The notes: generated by a model not told the origin, from the letters alone. A stretch of 63,911 nt of DNA, filler included, from Octopus bimaculoides (GCF_001194135.2; 7 parts of 7 records of this genome joined end to end with filler, not necessarily neighbours in it), one strand, 5' to 3'. Numbered from the whole stretch's first letter, positions 12,327 through 25,319 are shown. Made by a program: numbers and translations.

Positions 12327-12985
12327 GCGTTCTTGCTTCTAAATGTGGGTCTGAAACCGGTCGTTTGCAGGACAGCTTCCAAGTAGTGATAGTCGACCCT
12401 ATCGAATGCTTTCGAGTCACACTGAAGCCAGCTGAAGTCCTAGATTTCCTTTTGGTATAACATATAAAGCGGAGTTTGTCGTGGGTTGACCTGTTCGGGA
12501 TTTCGCACGTTTGTGCTTCCAAGACGACACTATCAAAAACATGTACTAAAGTTTTCGAAAATATTTTGGCCAGAGTCATGGACTGAAAATTCCCTAGCAC
12601 GTTTCCATTATCTAGCGTCCTTCCTCGACACTAGAAATTCTCCCACTCTACTGCCAGTAACGATAGACGTGTGCCATGAGGCCGCCTTACACATCTTTCA
12701 TGAACACACAGCATTCATAGGGTAAACCATAAAAGAAAACGGGCGATTAGCTATTTCGAAAATCCGTCATCATTCCTGTATTTCGGCTACTGTCATCGAC
12801 TCATCACCTTCCTGAAATATCCACACGAAGCTGCAAAGCCGTATGTATTTGCACGGAACCGTGTAGCATGCGCCGGTCTAGATCCGTCAAAGACCTGATC
12901 GGGCTTTTAGTTCCACTTTGTGTCTCCACATTTCGGGCTCATCGGGTGGCTTTATTTCCTTGTTGTGCACGCAGGCCTTACCTGT
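12327..12985 (-). mobile_element. Tx1/L1-clade LINE reverse transcriptase fragment
   Basis: Minus frames give GLPYECC, LAKIFSKTLVHVFDSVVLEAQTCEIPNRSTHDKL and SKAFDRVDYHYLEAVLQTTGFRPTFR, with frameshifts and stops. Confidence 0.85.
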
Positions 12986-14829
12986 GATAATGCAGTTACG
13001 TATTTCGCTTCAGTATCTATGTGTATATTCTGTATATATATTTTTTTATCGAATATATATATATATATATATATCAAGAGAGAGAGAGACATTTGTATGT
13101 GTGAGTGTGTGCATGCCAGTATGTAATTGTGAGCGCGTATGGTAGAGGTTTTTTTCTATTTAGCTTCGTGAGCATGTCTGGGTATTTGGATAAGTTACTG
13201 ATATCATGCCTTTATCCTGTGAGAGGCCGCTGATAGTAATAAAGTGTTAAACTCTTACTATATGCAAAGTAGTAGCTCCATGTTCTGGTAGCGACTGCAT
13301 TTGCTGAGTATATAAACAGAATCGCTGCTCGCTATTACAAGATAGTCAATGTGATGTGGTCATCTCTGAGGAGAAACTATATGGTTGAAAAAGTGTTTAG
13401 GACTTTTTTTTTATCGAATATTTTTAATCTACGAAGTAGAAAAATTAGGTTTCATATACAGTATGGAGAATTTGTCTGTGCATTTCTGCTAGACATGTGT
13501 GTGCACGCTAGTGCGTGTGTGTAACAATTGTAGTGTTGTTGACGCATCAAATGTAGATTGGGAAATGCTAGTCTGGAAATTTAATGTTGGCAGTGAGCAC
13601 GATATAATTGGAATAGATAAAAAAATATTATTTTTAATGACATTGGAATCAAATGGTGACTGCAGTACGTGTTAGTATCAAGACTAGTATTATGTAAATC
13701 TGTCTTGGTGGACCTCTGCGCACGTGTACTCATATCTTATTTTTGTATGTGTAATTGTGGTTCTGCTTTTAGAAGATAGGACTGGAGTTGTAATTTTCTT
13801 AAAACGAGGTATTTTGGTGGTGAGTTGTTGTTGTATACAAACACACACACATACATACATGCATACATACATACATACATATATACATACATACATACAT
13901 ACACACATATGAATGTATGCGGGTGTAGGTGTAGATGTGTTTGGGCTTCGGAAATGCAAGTAAGTAATGAGACATACTTTAGAGTAGTTCATTATTTCTG
14001 GTTTAAGGTTCTGCGTAAATGTAGGTTTCGAATCTTAGATAATGAACTAGGTGGAGGAAAGTAAGGGAATTGTGTGATAAAATGATACACTGAGACAGTT
14101 TAAAAGGATGTGTATATTTGATAGTGTACATATATTGCTGTGTTTATTGTAGTGGATTTGTGTCTATTAATGAGTGTCTATATGTGTGCATCACAATTTG
14201 TGTACATAGATTCGAGTATTTCGAGCAGTCAATGTTCTTGAACATGTTTGGACAGTAACTATAGGTTCCCTTTGTTTATATGCATGTATTACGTGTGAAT
14301 ATATACAAAAACGAAACACATACACAGAAAGAGATCCTCAAAGTTTATACAATATGCACATGAATATATTCTCAGTTATTACTTCAATGCAACTTAGCCT
14401 AAATCAGCCCAAGTCAGCTGACGAACATAGCCCCTGTCGGGGCTATGTGTATTTCATGAAGACATGGTAATATGATTTTCTATATTTTTATTCAGTTGTA
14501 ATGTAGGAGGGCATATGGAAAACGGATATTCAGAACTTCGTCATTTGCTAGTTTACAATTGTATGTCTGACAGGCTCCTAATATAATGAGTCGATTGCCA
14601 AATCCGATTAGGTATAACTACTCTAACAATCATTTATTATACTTGTTGGATCCTTCGTACCACATGTTTCATATATGGTGGAATGGAACGACTTCTTGAG
14701 AAGCATTTTTAATGTTTTATTGTACTTTTGTCATATTCAATAAAATATTTCTTTTAAAATTCTAATATCAAACTGCTTTTCTACTATTCTGGTGCCTTTT
14801 GCCTATCATATACAATATCTTTATCTTTG

Positions 14830-15236
14830 AATTTTTCTAGTCATTAGACTGCGACCATGCTAAGGCACTGTCTTGGGGAATTTTAGTCGAGCAAATCAAT
14901 CCTAGTACATATAAATTAAACCCGGTACATATTCTATCGTTTTATTTGCCGAACTGCTAAGTTATGGGGGCGTAAAAGCGGTGGTGGGAGACAAATACAC
15001 GCACACGCAAAAACACACACACGCACACACACACACACACACACACTCACACATACACACACGCGCAAATACGCACACGCATACGTCGGACGTCTTTCAG
15101 TTACCTTTTACCAAATCCACTTAAAATTCTTTGGTTAATCCTAGGATATTGTAGAAAAGGTACGGGGCAATGGGACTTAACCCCAAACTGTATGGTTGAG
15201 AAGCAAACTTCTTACCTTACAGCTACGCCTATGCCT
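14830..15236 (-). mobile_element. SINE family B, near complete, diverged
   Basis: Tail TCATTAGACTGCGACCATGCT, internal (CA)n, and head on the minus strand AGGCATAGGCGTAGCTGTAAGGTAAGAAG. Confidence 0.8.
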
Positions 15237-15711
15237 AGTTCAGAATTATTTACCAATATAGCCCCGTTTTCTTTACATTCTTTCTTTACCTGAATTTATT
15301 AAAAAAACAAAATTTTTCTTAGTAATCAAAATACAAAGACAATATAAAAAGATAATAGTAATTTTTACTAATCGATTGTTTTTTACCTGCAATACATTGT
15401 CGAACACATGCACCATAATGTGAGGAATATCTATTTAGTACTAGTGATTTGGAAATCATACCTCGTATGATATGCCAAATTTTGTTGACGATCTTATGAC
15501 AGGTAAATTGAATATTTGATGTATACAATGATTATGTTTTTTATTTCGGTTCGACTAAGCTCTATAGTGACTAACGCTCTGTTTGCTCATTTATTTACAC
15601 TTGTTGAACATACATTGTTTATTATAAGGTTCCAAAAGAAATAGAAATAAATAAAAATAAAAACATAAAACTTCCATAAGCGCCATAATTACAAATCGTA
15701 TAGAGCAGAAC

Positions 15712-16392
15712 ATTGCCAAGAAGGCTGAGGGTGTCTTGGCATCACTTACCATTTCCTTTGTGAGCCGCTCTCCGGCTATCTATCTGAGGCCTTATATAGC
15801 TATAGTGCGGCCACACCTGGAGTTTGCGTCTTCGGTCCGGAACCCCTATCTTGCTCAGGATATTAATCGTCTGGAAACCGTTCAGCGACGTGCAACCAAG
15901 AGAATACTCTCCATAAGGCCATTGCCATATTCTGAACGCCTTACTTCACTGAGTATGGATACATTAAAAATCCGACGTCTGGCAGCTGAGTTGGCAGATA
16001 CCCATACAATTATTAACCATCTTACAAACAATAACTCTGAGTATCTTTTCAAATTCCACCTGTCTAACATCCGTGGACATGTTTACAAAGTTAGAAAACA
16101 GCACAGGTCCCATGACTTTCGGAAACACTTTTTTACGCTAAAAGTTGCTGAAGTATGGAACAAACTGTCGGCATCAGTTGTTAGTTTTCGGAGCACTGCA
16201 TCCTTTAAAACGTCCATGCTTCCTGAGATTCACCAACGCTACTGCTGATTTTGCTCCCCTCCATACACACGCAAGTATGTATCTGACTCATACACTATTC
16301 AATTTACAGACATTTTTACATTACTGCATCTGGTTTATACGCATTTTGGCAAGTTGTAGTGCACCTGAGCACTGTATACAATAATTTCATTT
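15712..16392 (+). mobile_element. CR1-clade LINE 3' fragment (RT C-terminus plus 3' UTR)
   Basis: ORF 15736: IVRPHLEFASSVRNPY...LETVQRRATKRI...YSERL...L..RRL...RGHVYKV...RKHFFTLKVAEVWNKL, the classic CR1 C-terminal motifs. Confidence 0.92.
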
Positions 16393-18458
16393 TATGTATA
16401 TAGAACGTTATTGTCAAGAAAATGAGTTGCGAAAGTAATGTACGTATCATTTGAGAATATGTAGGTTCAAAATGTCTGAATACTGAATGCCAGTGACGAA
16501 ATCGTCAGCACCTCAAATTAGAACAGTGGCGCGAAACTAATCGGCATCTGTTTTCTTCATGAGGTAGACTCTAAACAATTTCAAAAATCAAATGAAATAC
16601 AAATTACTTTGGCTTTCCTATTAATAACAATTAGAACCTAATATATTTTGATATTTAATGAATAATGTATGATGTTTACTGGAACAATAAACGTTGAATT
16701 TATTGCCCCTATTTGTTCAAGAAAATCCCTGCCTATGTTGATACATTAACATTTGTCATTGTAGTACATAACATTAGTTTTTGTTTTTCGAAAACTTTAG
16801 AATATTTGACAGTTTGTAATAACAACATTCTTTTACACATAGCAAATTCTTCAAACATCGATTCATATTTCATATTTTATAATTCTAAAAGGAACAAAGT
16901 TTTTGAAATTCTGTTTTGCCTCCAATTTTAGACTTGATTCTAGTTACATTTATGCCACTGATTAAAAACATGTCCTGCATTTGTCTCTAGCACCTATAGT
17001 TTTTGAGATAATGAACTTAAACAAAATCGAGTACTTTCGCAATAGAGGAACAGATTCGCTGCTCTTCACCCAAGAATATTATTTCTGTTTATGTCGCAAT
17101 GTTTAAGATCTGCTAATGAAAGTCGGCGTATAAAAATATATATCCCAAGAAAATGGAGGTTATACATAAATAGCTCTAAGTGGAATTTAAAATGTGTTCC
17201 AGCAAATCTGTATCATTCCCAGAAACAATCACCCTGGTCTTCCAGAAGATATCATACCACGACCACCAATGTCTAATCTGTATACATCATACGTATCTTA
17301 TCTGTCTCTAGGATAGCAACTCTAAGGAGGAGCGAAGGTGAGAAGACTATGGTCTTTAAGAGAAAACATAGTCGTTGGTAAAAAAGAAAGTTATTGTTTG
17401 ATAGAGACCCGATCATTTTACCAACACTTACATAAAACTAGGTTTAACGTAACAGTCTGCGAAGACTTTGTAAATAGAAATGCACTTCTTTGAAGAAATA
17501 TTCAGAATATTTCCAGCGCTAAGCATGGAGAACTGAAGACTAGTTTCGTCTTTGCGCCACAAATCACCAATTAAGAAAAACGCACATTTTAAAGATTCAA
17601 TAAACAATTTTGTGGACAAAACATCGTCTGCTTTTACTCTGATTGTAAGAATTTTTTTACCAACTTGGCTGTAATATGAGCACTAAAGAATATTACCTCC
17701 ACAGTCACTTGAGGTGTTTCCTAGACATCATTGGTTATGTAAGTGATAAACAGTGTGAACGATTTCACTAAGTGTTGAAAACTATGGGAAAAAGATAACG
17801 GGGCCAGAAACACATCCATATAATGGTGGATTATTGCCGGAATGTTCAATGTGATGGTCCTAGGGCAGATCACTGTATAATGATTTCGTGAGATGTCTTA
17901 TGAAATTAGCATTGTACCAATGATCACTTTTTTCACTTGTTTCACCACTAACTGATTCTGTGCATGAACTTTAATGATGAATAATCATTCTTCTTATGTG
18001 AAGACATTCTATTATTCAAAAGGCAGCAACAATGAATTGAAGCCATCAATTATTCTGCCCAGCAGGTAGTATAGATAGCAATTAGGGGTATAACTTTCGA
18101 CAACAAGTGTGAATGGAGAATAACATATGTATTTAGAATCAGGAGCCCAAATTTATCTCAGCTCTTGTCTAATATCTCAGATACCAATTTCCTGAGTGTA
18201 TGTACCGGACACTAGTTGCAACAATGTTCTGGCCACTATGGTGAAATAGATTCTCGAACGAAATATACAGAATCTGTGGTATTCCTCGGTTGTCCTTGTG
18301 ATTAAAGTGGGAAATTTGGGGAATTTTTATTGTGTAATCGTTTTGTTAATTGTTCATGGCATTGTTCAACAGCCCACTCGTCCCTTATATCGTATCGCTC
18401 CTATTTGTTTTGTGTTTGGTCTCTGTGGACAATAAAAGAAGGTATTATTATTATTATT

Positions 18459-18706
18459 CAGTAGTTTTATTTTTATAACGTGCTTTCACTTCACTACCGA
18501 GCGCAGCTCTGTGCGCCTTGGGTATGTGCTGTGGTTTGCTGTGGTGCTCTTATGTTTACTGTATTGAAAGTGTTTTGCGTAGAATGTGTGCAGTACCCAG
18601 TAGTGCAATTTTCTGTATGTTATATATATTTGTAAGTCCTGGTGTTTTTGTTATGTATTTGTCTGAATATTTTTTTATTATACCTAAGGCACCTACTATG
18701 ATAGGA

Positions 18707-18707
<1 letters not shown>
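18459..18707 (-). mobile_element. R4/Dong-clade 3' end (Dong-B) with TAA arrays on both sides
   Basis: ORF 18556-18822 ends IPIIVGALGIIKKYSDKYITKTPGLTNIYNIQKIALLGTAHILRKTLSIQ*; TAA arrays at 18443-18458 and 18708-18808. Confidence 0.88.
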
Positions 18708-18789
<82 letters not shown>

Positions 18790-18810
18790 CATTATTATTA
18801 TTATTACTAT

Positions 18811-19753
18811 ATGAAAACTCACAGCTTATTTTGTTTGGTATGATGGGAAGTTTTAGCAGTCCAGAGCCAGCAGATTAAGGTGACATTTATTTAATGGTCA
18901 TGTCTCAAGAATTCTGCGAAGAATTCTCTCAGTTCCAAGCAATGCTGATTTTCGTAGGTGTTCTACCTTCACATTTGCTCCGATTTTTTTCAACCATGTT
19001 GGTAGCTGAGTGCTGATACTTCAAAATGCACCACTATTGGTATCAAGTCTACTCTCTTCATTCACCACAACCTTCGTACTTCCCACTTTAAATCTTCATA
19101 GTTGTTTATTTTGTCTTCTTCTTTTACACTGATCTTTTGACACCGGGGCATGCTATGTCGATTATTATAAATGTTCTTTCGTTTTTATTCACCACAACCA
19201 TGTCCGGTTTTCGATGTGTGGTCTGGTCATCGCACTGGATCATTGCATCCCACAGGATTCGGCAATTCTCATTTTCGGTAACTTTTTCTGGAGTTTTCTC
19301 ATACCACGCCTTTGCACTTTGTAGGCCTTGATCTTCACAGACCTCCCAATGTCCCATTGTCATAGTGTCTTTTCTATTCGCGTTGTGCCAATTCCAGGCA
19401 TTCGCTAACGATGTGCTATACTGTTTCACTCATCTCACAACACATTCTGTATTTGTCACTATCGGTAGTGTTGTCTGCATTTCATATAGTTGGTTCTTAA
19501 TGCTTCTTCCTGAGCTGCCGTATTAGTGCTTCTGTCTTTACCTTTAAGTCACTCCTCCTCATCCATAACTACCGGTCCTCCGTTTCTGTCTGGTGTTCAC
19601 ATCACTTGCAAACTGACCGTACATTTTCTTTTCCTTTCAAGGATTTTCTTCTTTTTTTTAAATCATTTCTTGTTTAAATTTTTCCTTAGTTACACAATTT
19701 GTAATTTTGGTGATGCCGGCCTTCTTCGTATATTTCAGCAGTGGCTCCACGGC
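18811..19753 (-). mobile_element. R4/Dong-clade non-LTR fragment (Dong-A): post-RT region, zinc knuckle and restriction-like endonuclease
   Basis: KMYGQF...LWMRRSDLKVKTEALI..AQEEALRTNY, then WYEKTPEKVTENENCRILWDAMIQCD...RKPDMVVVNKNERTFIIIDIACP (PD-(D/E)xK), then LKWEVRRLW...LLGTERILRRILET*. The 3' UTR ends in (TAA)n. Confidence 0.9.
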
Positions 19754-19764
19754 ATTTTTATATA

Positions 19765-20400
19765 CAAACCTAGGCTGCTTACACCCTTTCGTCTGGACCG
19801 AATAGTGACTGGGGACAAGAAAGGATTCTCTGTAAAAATGTCAGGTGCCGAAGAGAGTGGGTAGGGAAAGGAAAAACACCGTCACCCGAAGCCAAAAAGG
19901 AGCTTCATCCACGTAAGTTGTTGTTACTAGTCTGGTGAGATATGAACGATCTAGACCACTTTGAACTTTTAAATCCAAATCAAACGATAACAAAATTCTA
20001 TTGCGAGTAGCTTGAGCAGCTTAAATCAGCGCTAGAAGAAAAACGATCATCTTCGGTTTCAAGACAAAAAGTGTTCTTCCATCAGGATAATGCTGGACCT
20101 CATACAGTGAGGATAACATTCGAAATGCTGGAGCAATTTTAATTGGAAACCTGCCCCACCCACCATATTCCCCGGACATTGCGCCATCTGATTATAATTT
20201 ATTCCACAGTCTTCAAAATCATTCGGACGAAAAATATGAATTCTGTAGACGAGGTCAAAAAGAGTACTGGAGGAGTATTCTTCGTCTCGGACAAGTGAAT
20301 TTTGGAAGAGGGTTCTTGCACGTCTACCATATAGATTGTAGAAAATGAAGGAGAGTATATTTTAGATTAAAAAAAGGACTTTATCTTAACTTTGAAAGAT
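19765..20400 (+). mobile_element. mariner (DD34D) transposase remnant
   Basis: RLDRIVTGD, FFHQDNAGPH, PHPPYSPDIAPSDYNLFHSLQNH, with frameshifts. Confidence 0.9.
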
Positions 20401-20699
20401 AANNNNNNNNNNNNNNNNNNNNNNNNNNNNNNNNNNNNNNNNNNNNNNNNNNNNNNNNNNNNNNNNNNNNNNNNNNNNNNNNNNNNNNNNNNNNNNNNNN
20501 NNNNNNNNNNNNNNNNNNNNNNNNNNNNNNNNNNNNNNNNNNNNNNNNNNNNNNNNNNNNNNNNNNNNNNNNNNNNNNNNNNNNNNNNNNNNNNNNNNNN
20601 NNNNNNNNNNNNNNNNNNNGTGTGTTAACTTCGAAACAAAGTTCTGTCTCAAGCATAGTTAAGAATCAAATGCTTCTTTGGCCTTTATGTATCAACTTA

Positions 20700-21600
20700 A
20701 TATGTCATTTCCCTCATTATAGATTACGCAATCCAGTTGCCAAATGATTCACCCCTCGAGCGTAATTTCCTGCAGGTTTCAATGATAATTAACACTTCAC
20801 ATCGTTATCACCTCTTCATATTTAATTATCCGTTTTTTCTCAAAATGAAGTTGTAATGATCCGAAGAAATAGTAGACAGATGGAGCAAAGTCATAAGGAG
20901 ATGATTTAAATCCTCCATACTTAAAACTATGAACTTTTCTTGAGAGACTTGGTCAATATATGGTCTTGAAGTATGAGATGCACGTTACTATGAGAGTCCA
21001 ATAATAAGTTCTTTCCTTGCAAAGTTTTATGCAATACGTCCAACTGACCACAATACAAATCCGTATTCACTGTTTTGTGTTAGATTAACACTATGCTAGA
21101 CGCCACCCTGCATATGCCACTCAGCACAGAGCAAACATTTGTGTGTGTGTGTGTGTATGCGCGGGGGGGGGGTATATATTCCTGGTTTAGAGATGGATTC
21201 TTCTTTTTCATTGTTTGCAGAGTAATGTCCTTGTCTTTGGATATACGTTTAGAGAACACTCTACTCTTCAATTAAAAATAGAGGGTAAATCTTTGATTAA
21301 ACCAAGAAATAGTCAGGTGATGAGTGGCTCACTGAATAAGTTTAGACACTACTCTTAGTTCATGAAGTTATTTTATAATCGAAGTGTCGCACAAATTGAA
21401 ATCTTTTTCTAATTCTTGTACAGTATGCTTTGGATTTTTCCCGAATAGCGTTTTCTGAAACCCTGTATTGACAGAATGTGTTCTTCCAGATAGAGAGGAA
21501 TCTGCAACAAATATATTTTCCGAGTGAAAATGACCAGACCGTCATTGTTATATCCGGACATTTAAAGCTTCATTTCTTGCCGCTTATATATCTTAAACTC
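20700..21600 (-). mobile_element. old, heavily decayed mariner
   Basis: Minus frames: AIRENPKHTVQELEKDFNLCDTSII..LHELRVVSKL (HTH), LYCGQLDVL, and PYDFAPSVYYFFGSLQLHF (degenerate YSPDLAPSDY.LF.SLQ). Confidence 0.65.
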
Positions 21601-24038
21601 ATATATCTTAAACATAAAAATGATACAATTTGAACCCTATGACATATAGTATGTAATATGTAAACATATGAAAAATAAAAACAGAATGTTAAAACTGCAT
21701 GTTTATCTTATAATATGTATAGAAAAAAAACAATTAAAGTAAATACGACAGGACTTTATATTATATATATATATATATNNNNNNNNNNNNNNNNNNNNNN
21801 NNNNNNNNNNNNNNNNNNNNNNNNNNNNNNNNNNNNNNNNNNNNNNNNNNNNNNNNNNNNNNNNNNNNGTATGTATGTATGTATGTATGAATGTATATGC
21901 ATGCGTGTTTAGTATGTGCTTAATGTGAATGCACGTGTAACACTTTTGTCAGATAATATCAAACTTAAAAGCAAACATAATTTATGTGACACTTAACATT
22001 CCTGAATGTATTAAAGGAAATATCGTTATAAATTTGAGAGTATCAAAATTGTGGATCAGCTGTACTTGTGTGATTCTTATAAAATGTTGGCGTAATATGA
22101 ACTCTGTGCTGCAAGTTTATCCGATCACCATAAATCACTATAGATACATTTGTTTAGTCGTCAATATTGAAGCATATCTTGGTGCCCGCTCTCCAGTAGA
22201 AACTGAAATTTATTTTGTTTTTCTGTAGTCATGATAAGAATTGTATTACTGCATCATTAACAAGTGATATATCGAGAAAAATATTTGTTACCTCACTTAA
22301 AGGAAACTGCATTTAGTTAGCACCCATCCGTTTGCCGTGGGAAGGTGATTTCAGCTATTGATTAGCACCTATTCGTATGCAAATTCAAATAAAATAAATA
22401 TATCAGAATTACAATAATATCAGGGAAGATTATCAGCATGATGTAGCAGTTTATGAGACTAAATTGCTTCATCCGATCATAGATTAGAGGATAGAAATGC
22501 GATTTAGATAAAGATTTAAAAATGGCTGTATTTTAATGATATTTGATACAATTGAATGTATAGATAAGAAAGCTGGTAATAAATTTCGCTATCAATCGAA
22601 TGTTAGCAATTTTACAATCGTTGTGCACTTCAATTAGCTATTATTGGACACGCATAAATCTTGAAATTAATGGCGATAGATTGCCGTAGAAGCACAAAAC
22701 TAACTGTTCCTAGAGTCGATAATGAAACACAATTTTATTTATGTATATTTATATATTTTTTATTATAATTCTAAAGATTACAGATAAAAAAATTCGCTGC
22801 ATCATGTAGAGAAAACTGAAGAAGGCTACAGGCAATGATTAGTGATAAATTGGAATTTTAATGCCTTTTTTTTCTGTAGAAAAATGAAAAAGTAATAGTA
22901 AATATTCTAATGGTTTTGAAGCTTCGAGTCCAACTGTTTGGAAAAGAGAACTGCGATTGCGGTGATTTTAATTGAAATTATAATGAATTGTCAATAACTA
23001 CGTAAAAAAAACATTATCCAGTACGCGTAAATCTAGTTCAACAGCTAAGAATATCTGAAGACATTTAGTCTACCTTTTTAATTATGTTTTGTCTCATCGA
23101 CACAACTTCACTTACCTAATGTATACTAGTGTAGGTGTGCTGGTGTGTGAGTGTGTGTGTTTGTATTCGTTTCCTTGTGTGTGAATGTGTGTGTGTGTAA
23201 GTGTGTGCTTGTATATGTGTGTGTACGTGTATGTTCACGGGTGTGTCGCGAGCGCACAGACGCTTAACGCTAAAATAAATTTGAATGTTATAATTTCTGG
23301 CTAGGAACACGTTACAAATAAAAATTGAATCATTGAAAAGCTTAGAATGTGTCGGTAAAAGAGGACGCACTTTTCTAACTTCGACTTCATGTTTTGTTAG
23401 CCTCTTTCTCTCTCTCTCTCTCTATATATATATCTCTCTCTCTCTCTATCTCTCTCTCTCCATCTCTCTCTCTCTCCCTCTCTCTCTCTCTCTCCCCTCT
23501 CTGTCACACACACACACACAAACAGAACGTACCTAGTCTCCTTCTACGATCGGTAGCATAATGTATATGATTGAATCTCGCATATGCCTTGAGATACTCG
23601 TTCTGCTTTGGTTCTGATTTTTTCCCCTCTGATATGATATATACCTGGTATAACGGGACCCTAACATAGGTCCATACGTCCAGCCTTAGCAGTGATCTTC
23701 GAACATAACAGTTAACCTATTACAACACTTAGCGTACCTATCATTTAGATCACAAGTGAAATAAACCNNNNNNNNNNNNNNNNNNNNNNNNNNNNNNNNN
23801 NNNNNNNNNNNNNNNNNNNNNNNNNNNNNNNNNNNNNNNNNNNNNNNNNNNNNNNNNNNNNNNNNNNNNNNNNNNNNNNNNNNNNNNNNNNNNNNNNNNN
23901 NNNNNNNNNNNNNNNNNNNNNNNNNNNNNNNNNNNNNNNNNNNNNNNNNNNNNNNNNNNNNNNNNNNNNNNNNNNNNNNNNNNNNNNNNNNNNNNNNNNN
24001 NNNNNNNNNNNNNNNNNNNNNNNNNNNNNNNNNNNNNN

Positions 24039-24073
<35 letters not shown>

Positions 24074-24101
24074 TATATACGTATATATATAAACTTACCT
24101 A

Positions 24102-24782
24102 GAAATGGATGCGTAGCGTTCAATCAAATAATAAAATCAATAATATATATATACATGCATATATGGGTACAGGGGTACAGGACGTCACCAAAAGTAATAC
24201 CAAAACAAATGTGTTCAATAAGCAAACAACGAGAGAAACAAATGGAAAGCAAGACAATGTAGAGAAAGACCCTTCATCAGTTGTTGGCTGTCTATCTACT
24301 CCTCATTTCGAGCATTTACTGGCAATATGAGTCTTCGAAGGCAATTGCCCCCTAAGTACGAAAATAAATTTTGGGATTTATGGAGGGTCAAAGTTGGGAA
24401 CAAAAACAGGACACTGGAGACATAGAAGGAAACCGAACGAAACCAAGCATGGAGAGTTGTTAGACCAGAACCAGGTTAGAATAGCGAACGCTGGAGAATT
24501 ATTCTCTTTCAGAAATGAAAAAAACAGAAAAGAGAAATAGGATACGTACATACCGTAGAACAGTCCTCAAAGAACGATGATCACATTAGTAAAAGAAAGA
24601 TGGACGATAGTCACGTGTGATCAACGAAAGAGAGAGAGGGAAAGAGAAAGAGGGGTGACGGAAAACGGTGAAGGGGAGAAAAAGGGAATTAGAGAAAGGA
24701 TGAGAAAACCCTGGGGGACAAAACAGACTAGAGTAGAGTCGCATCTACTGGAAATGGATGCGTGGCGTTCAATCAAATAATA
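24102..24782. repeat. 680-bp non-coding element bounded by 32-bp direct repeats
   Basis: GAAATGGATGCGT(A/G)GCGTTCAATCAAATAATA at 24102-24133 and 24751-24782 (31/32 identical). Confidence 0.7.
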
Positions 24783-24799
24783 ATATACATAATATCTAT

Positions 24800-24844
<45 letters not shown>

Positions 24845-24961
24845 CATATATACATACATACNNNNNNNNNNNNNNNNNNNNNNNNNNNNNNNNNNNNNNN
24901 NNNNNTTAATTAATTAANNNNNNNNNNNNNNNNNNNNNNNNNNNNNNNNNNNNNNNNNNNN

Positions 24962-25318
24962 TATGTGGTTCCTTCCATGATGAGTTGGTAATTAAAGTTT
25001 TTAGTGTAGTGCTAATTTCATTTAGGTTATCATTAATCTTATCCGAAAGATGTTGATGTGGGTTGTTTACTTGGATATCTTGGGTTTGAAGGAGAAGTTC
25101 ATCAATTTTGCTGGAAAGTGTGAGTAGGTGTGTGTTAAGTGTTTTGAGTTCTTTTAGGATGGTCTCATTGGTGACTTTCTCTGGAAGATTGGGGTTATTT
25201 TTAGGTGGCATTCTGTATCACACGTGTGGTAGAAGGTACAAGTCAGTAAATAGTGGGGTTGTGTTAACCGCACGTGGAGAAATAATAGGAAAATGAAGAA
25301 AAGCCAGAATGCTGAACT
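24962..25318 (-). mobile_element. probable LINE 5' end: short UTR plus start of an ORF1-like coiled coil
   Basis: Open frame from ATG at 25211, MPPKNNPNLPEKVTNETILKELKTLNTHLLTLSSKIDELLLQTQDI..., with heptad pattern; it runs into a scaffold join. Confidence 0.45.
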
Positions 25319-25319
25319 G

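Noticed and set aside
18180-18340. Gypsy RT-like LWYSSVVLVIK
   Set aside because: Similarity to PWSSPVVLVKK is too short and degenerate to support a call.
21986-23050. Repeat-free AT-rich tract with ATGCAAAT and TAAT motifs as an enhancer
   Set aside because: Such motifs are expected by chance at this AT content; conservation or chromatin data would be needed.
24270-24315. GAAA...CTGATGA as a type-II hammerhead
   Set aside because: Stems I and III cannot form around a NUH triplet.
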